Source: Neovahlkampfia damariscottae (lineage: Eukaryota). From it: a stretch of 48,838 nt of DNA. Position 1 is the first letter of the stretch. Every line of letters begins with the position of its first letter. Under the pieces are notes generated by a model, which was not told the origin of the DNA, did not search any database, and saw nothing but the letters and a program-made list of their open reading frames with translations. Shown here piece after piece: positions 47,975 through 48,838 of the stretch. The position numbers and the translations under genes are program-made. The stretch covers positions 1-48,838 of the forward strand of contig JABLTG010000150.1 of NCBI GenBank assembly GCA_016618085.1. The letters are read 5' to 3'.

Positions 47975-48238
47975 AATCAGAGGTTGATTTTAATATGGAG
48001 GAAAGGATTTTTATAAATGTTTTTTTAGTAAGATAACCTTTTTTTTTTTCAGTGTTATCTTGCTGTTCTTGGTTTATACTGTAAGAAGGAGATATCCTGA
48101 ATATTGTGATTGAGTTTGACTGAAAATTTTATCGAGTAAAATAAAGAAGAGATTCTCAAAATCCTCTACATATGCCTAACAAGTTTGGGAACAAATTATT
48201 TTTTGATGTTCGATTATCAAAAAAAAAAAAAAAAAAAT

Positions 48239-48804
48239 TTAATCATAATTAATTGCAGATATACTTATAAATATTTCAAAACCAGGATCATTTGGATTTC
48301 CTTTTCTTTTTAAAATCATATTTTTTGATGATTCATAACCACCATACATAATTTCTGAAAATTGAAGATCTGCAACTTCATAAGGTTCTTTTCCAACTGT
48401 AAGTTTAATTTTAAAATTTTCTTCAATTAATTTTGCTTTTGATTCACCAGAATCAGTTAAAGAACAATCATAAAAACCTTTTTGTAATTCCTTTGATAAG
48501 TCATGAACATCATGTCTTGAATTTCCATGAATTACAGAAAGTGATATTCTTCCTTTTTCAACATTTTGAAAGGATCCTTTGAAAAGATCTAACCGAATCT
48601 ATGTTTAATTTTTTAATTTTTTTTTAATTTTACATCAACTCTTTTCTCTTTCTTTGGTTTTATTTTTTTTATTTTTGTTTTATGAATATAATAAGTGGTC
48701 ATATGTTTTTTGAACTCACGGTCTAATGAATCATCTTCTCGTTTCTTTTCAAGATTCTTTTGAAACAGTTCCTGTCTTTCTCTGATCAAAGCAAATGCAC
48801 TCAT
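48239..48804 (-). CDS. Small C2-like domain protein, 2 exons
   Basis: An intron after KRVD gives IRLDLFKGSF...FEIFISISAINYD*; two CCAAT boxes at 48815 and 48832. Confidence 0.6.
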
Positions 48805-48838
48805 GTTGATGATGATTGGTTTGAAGAAATGATTGGTT

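Noticed and set aside
1..48838. Genome-wide alternative genetic code, non-canonical (U12 or GC-AG) introns, CRISPR arrays, transposases, rRNA/tRNA
   Set aside because: Long ORFs (e.g. 1747 aa) read cleanly in the standard code with only one in-frame TAG in the window. All reconstructed introns are GT-AG. No repeat-spacer arrays, transposase motifs or rRNA/tRNA signatures were seen.

Overview
Gene-dense, very AT-rich nuclear DNA from a microbial eukaryote. A divergent alpha-tubulin, atypical G-alpha/RGS proteins and tiny introns suggest a heterolobosean-like amoeba (inference only). About 29 protein genes can be reconstructed by hand-splicing roughly 80 GT-AG introns of about 28-44 nt. They include a four-gene glycosylation cluster, MFS transporters, a DUF952 protein, MCM5, a ceramidase, alpha-tubulin, a C2 plus papain-like protein, a DOMON ferric reductase, an LRR protein, an F-box plus USP-like protease, an IP3R/RyR-type channel, NRDE2, a PH-AGC kinase, a cyclin-RGS fusion, an APH/choline-kinase-like protein, an atypical G-alpha and a cyclin. 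Two gene remnants absent from the ORF track are present (acetyl-CoA synthetase C-terminus and a family-6 UDG/hypoxanthine glycosylase), plus a candidate structured ncRNA. The highlights are a CCAAT box just upstream of essentially every gene, an E2F-like motif shared by MCM5 and the divergent tubulin, an F-box-DUB fusion cut by one in-frame TAG, an IP3R-like channel with a rewritten pore, and a cyclin-RGS / atypical G-alpha neighbourhood. All protein calls come from motif recognition by eye; no database searches were run.
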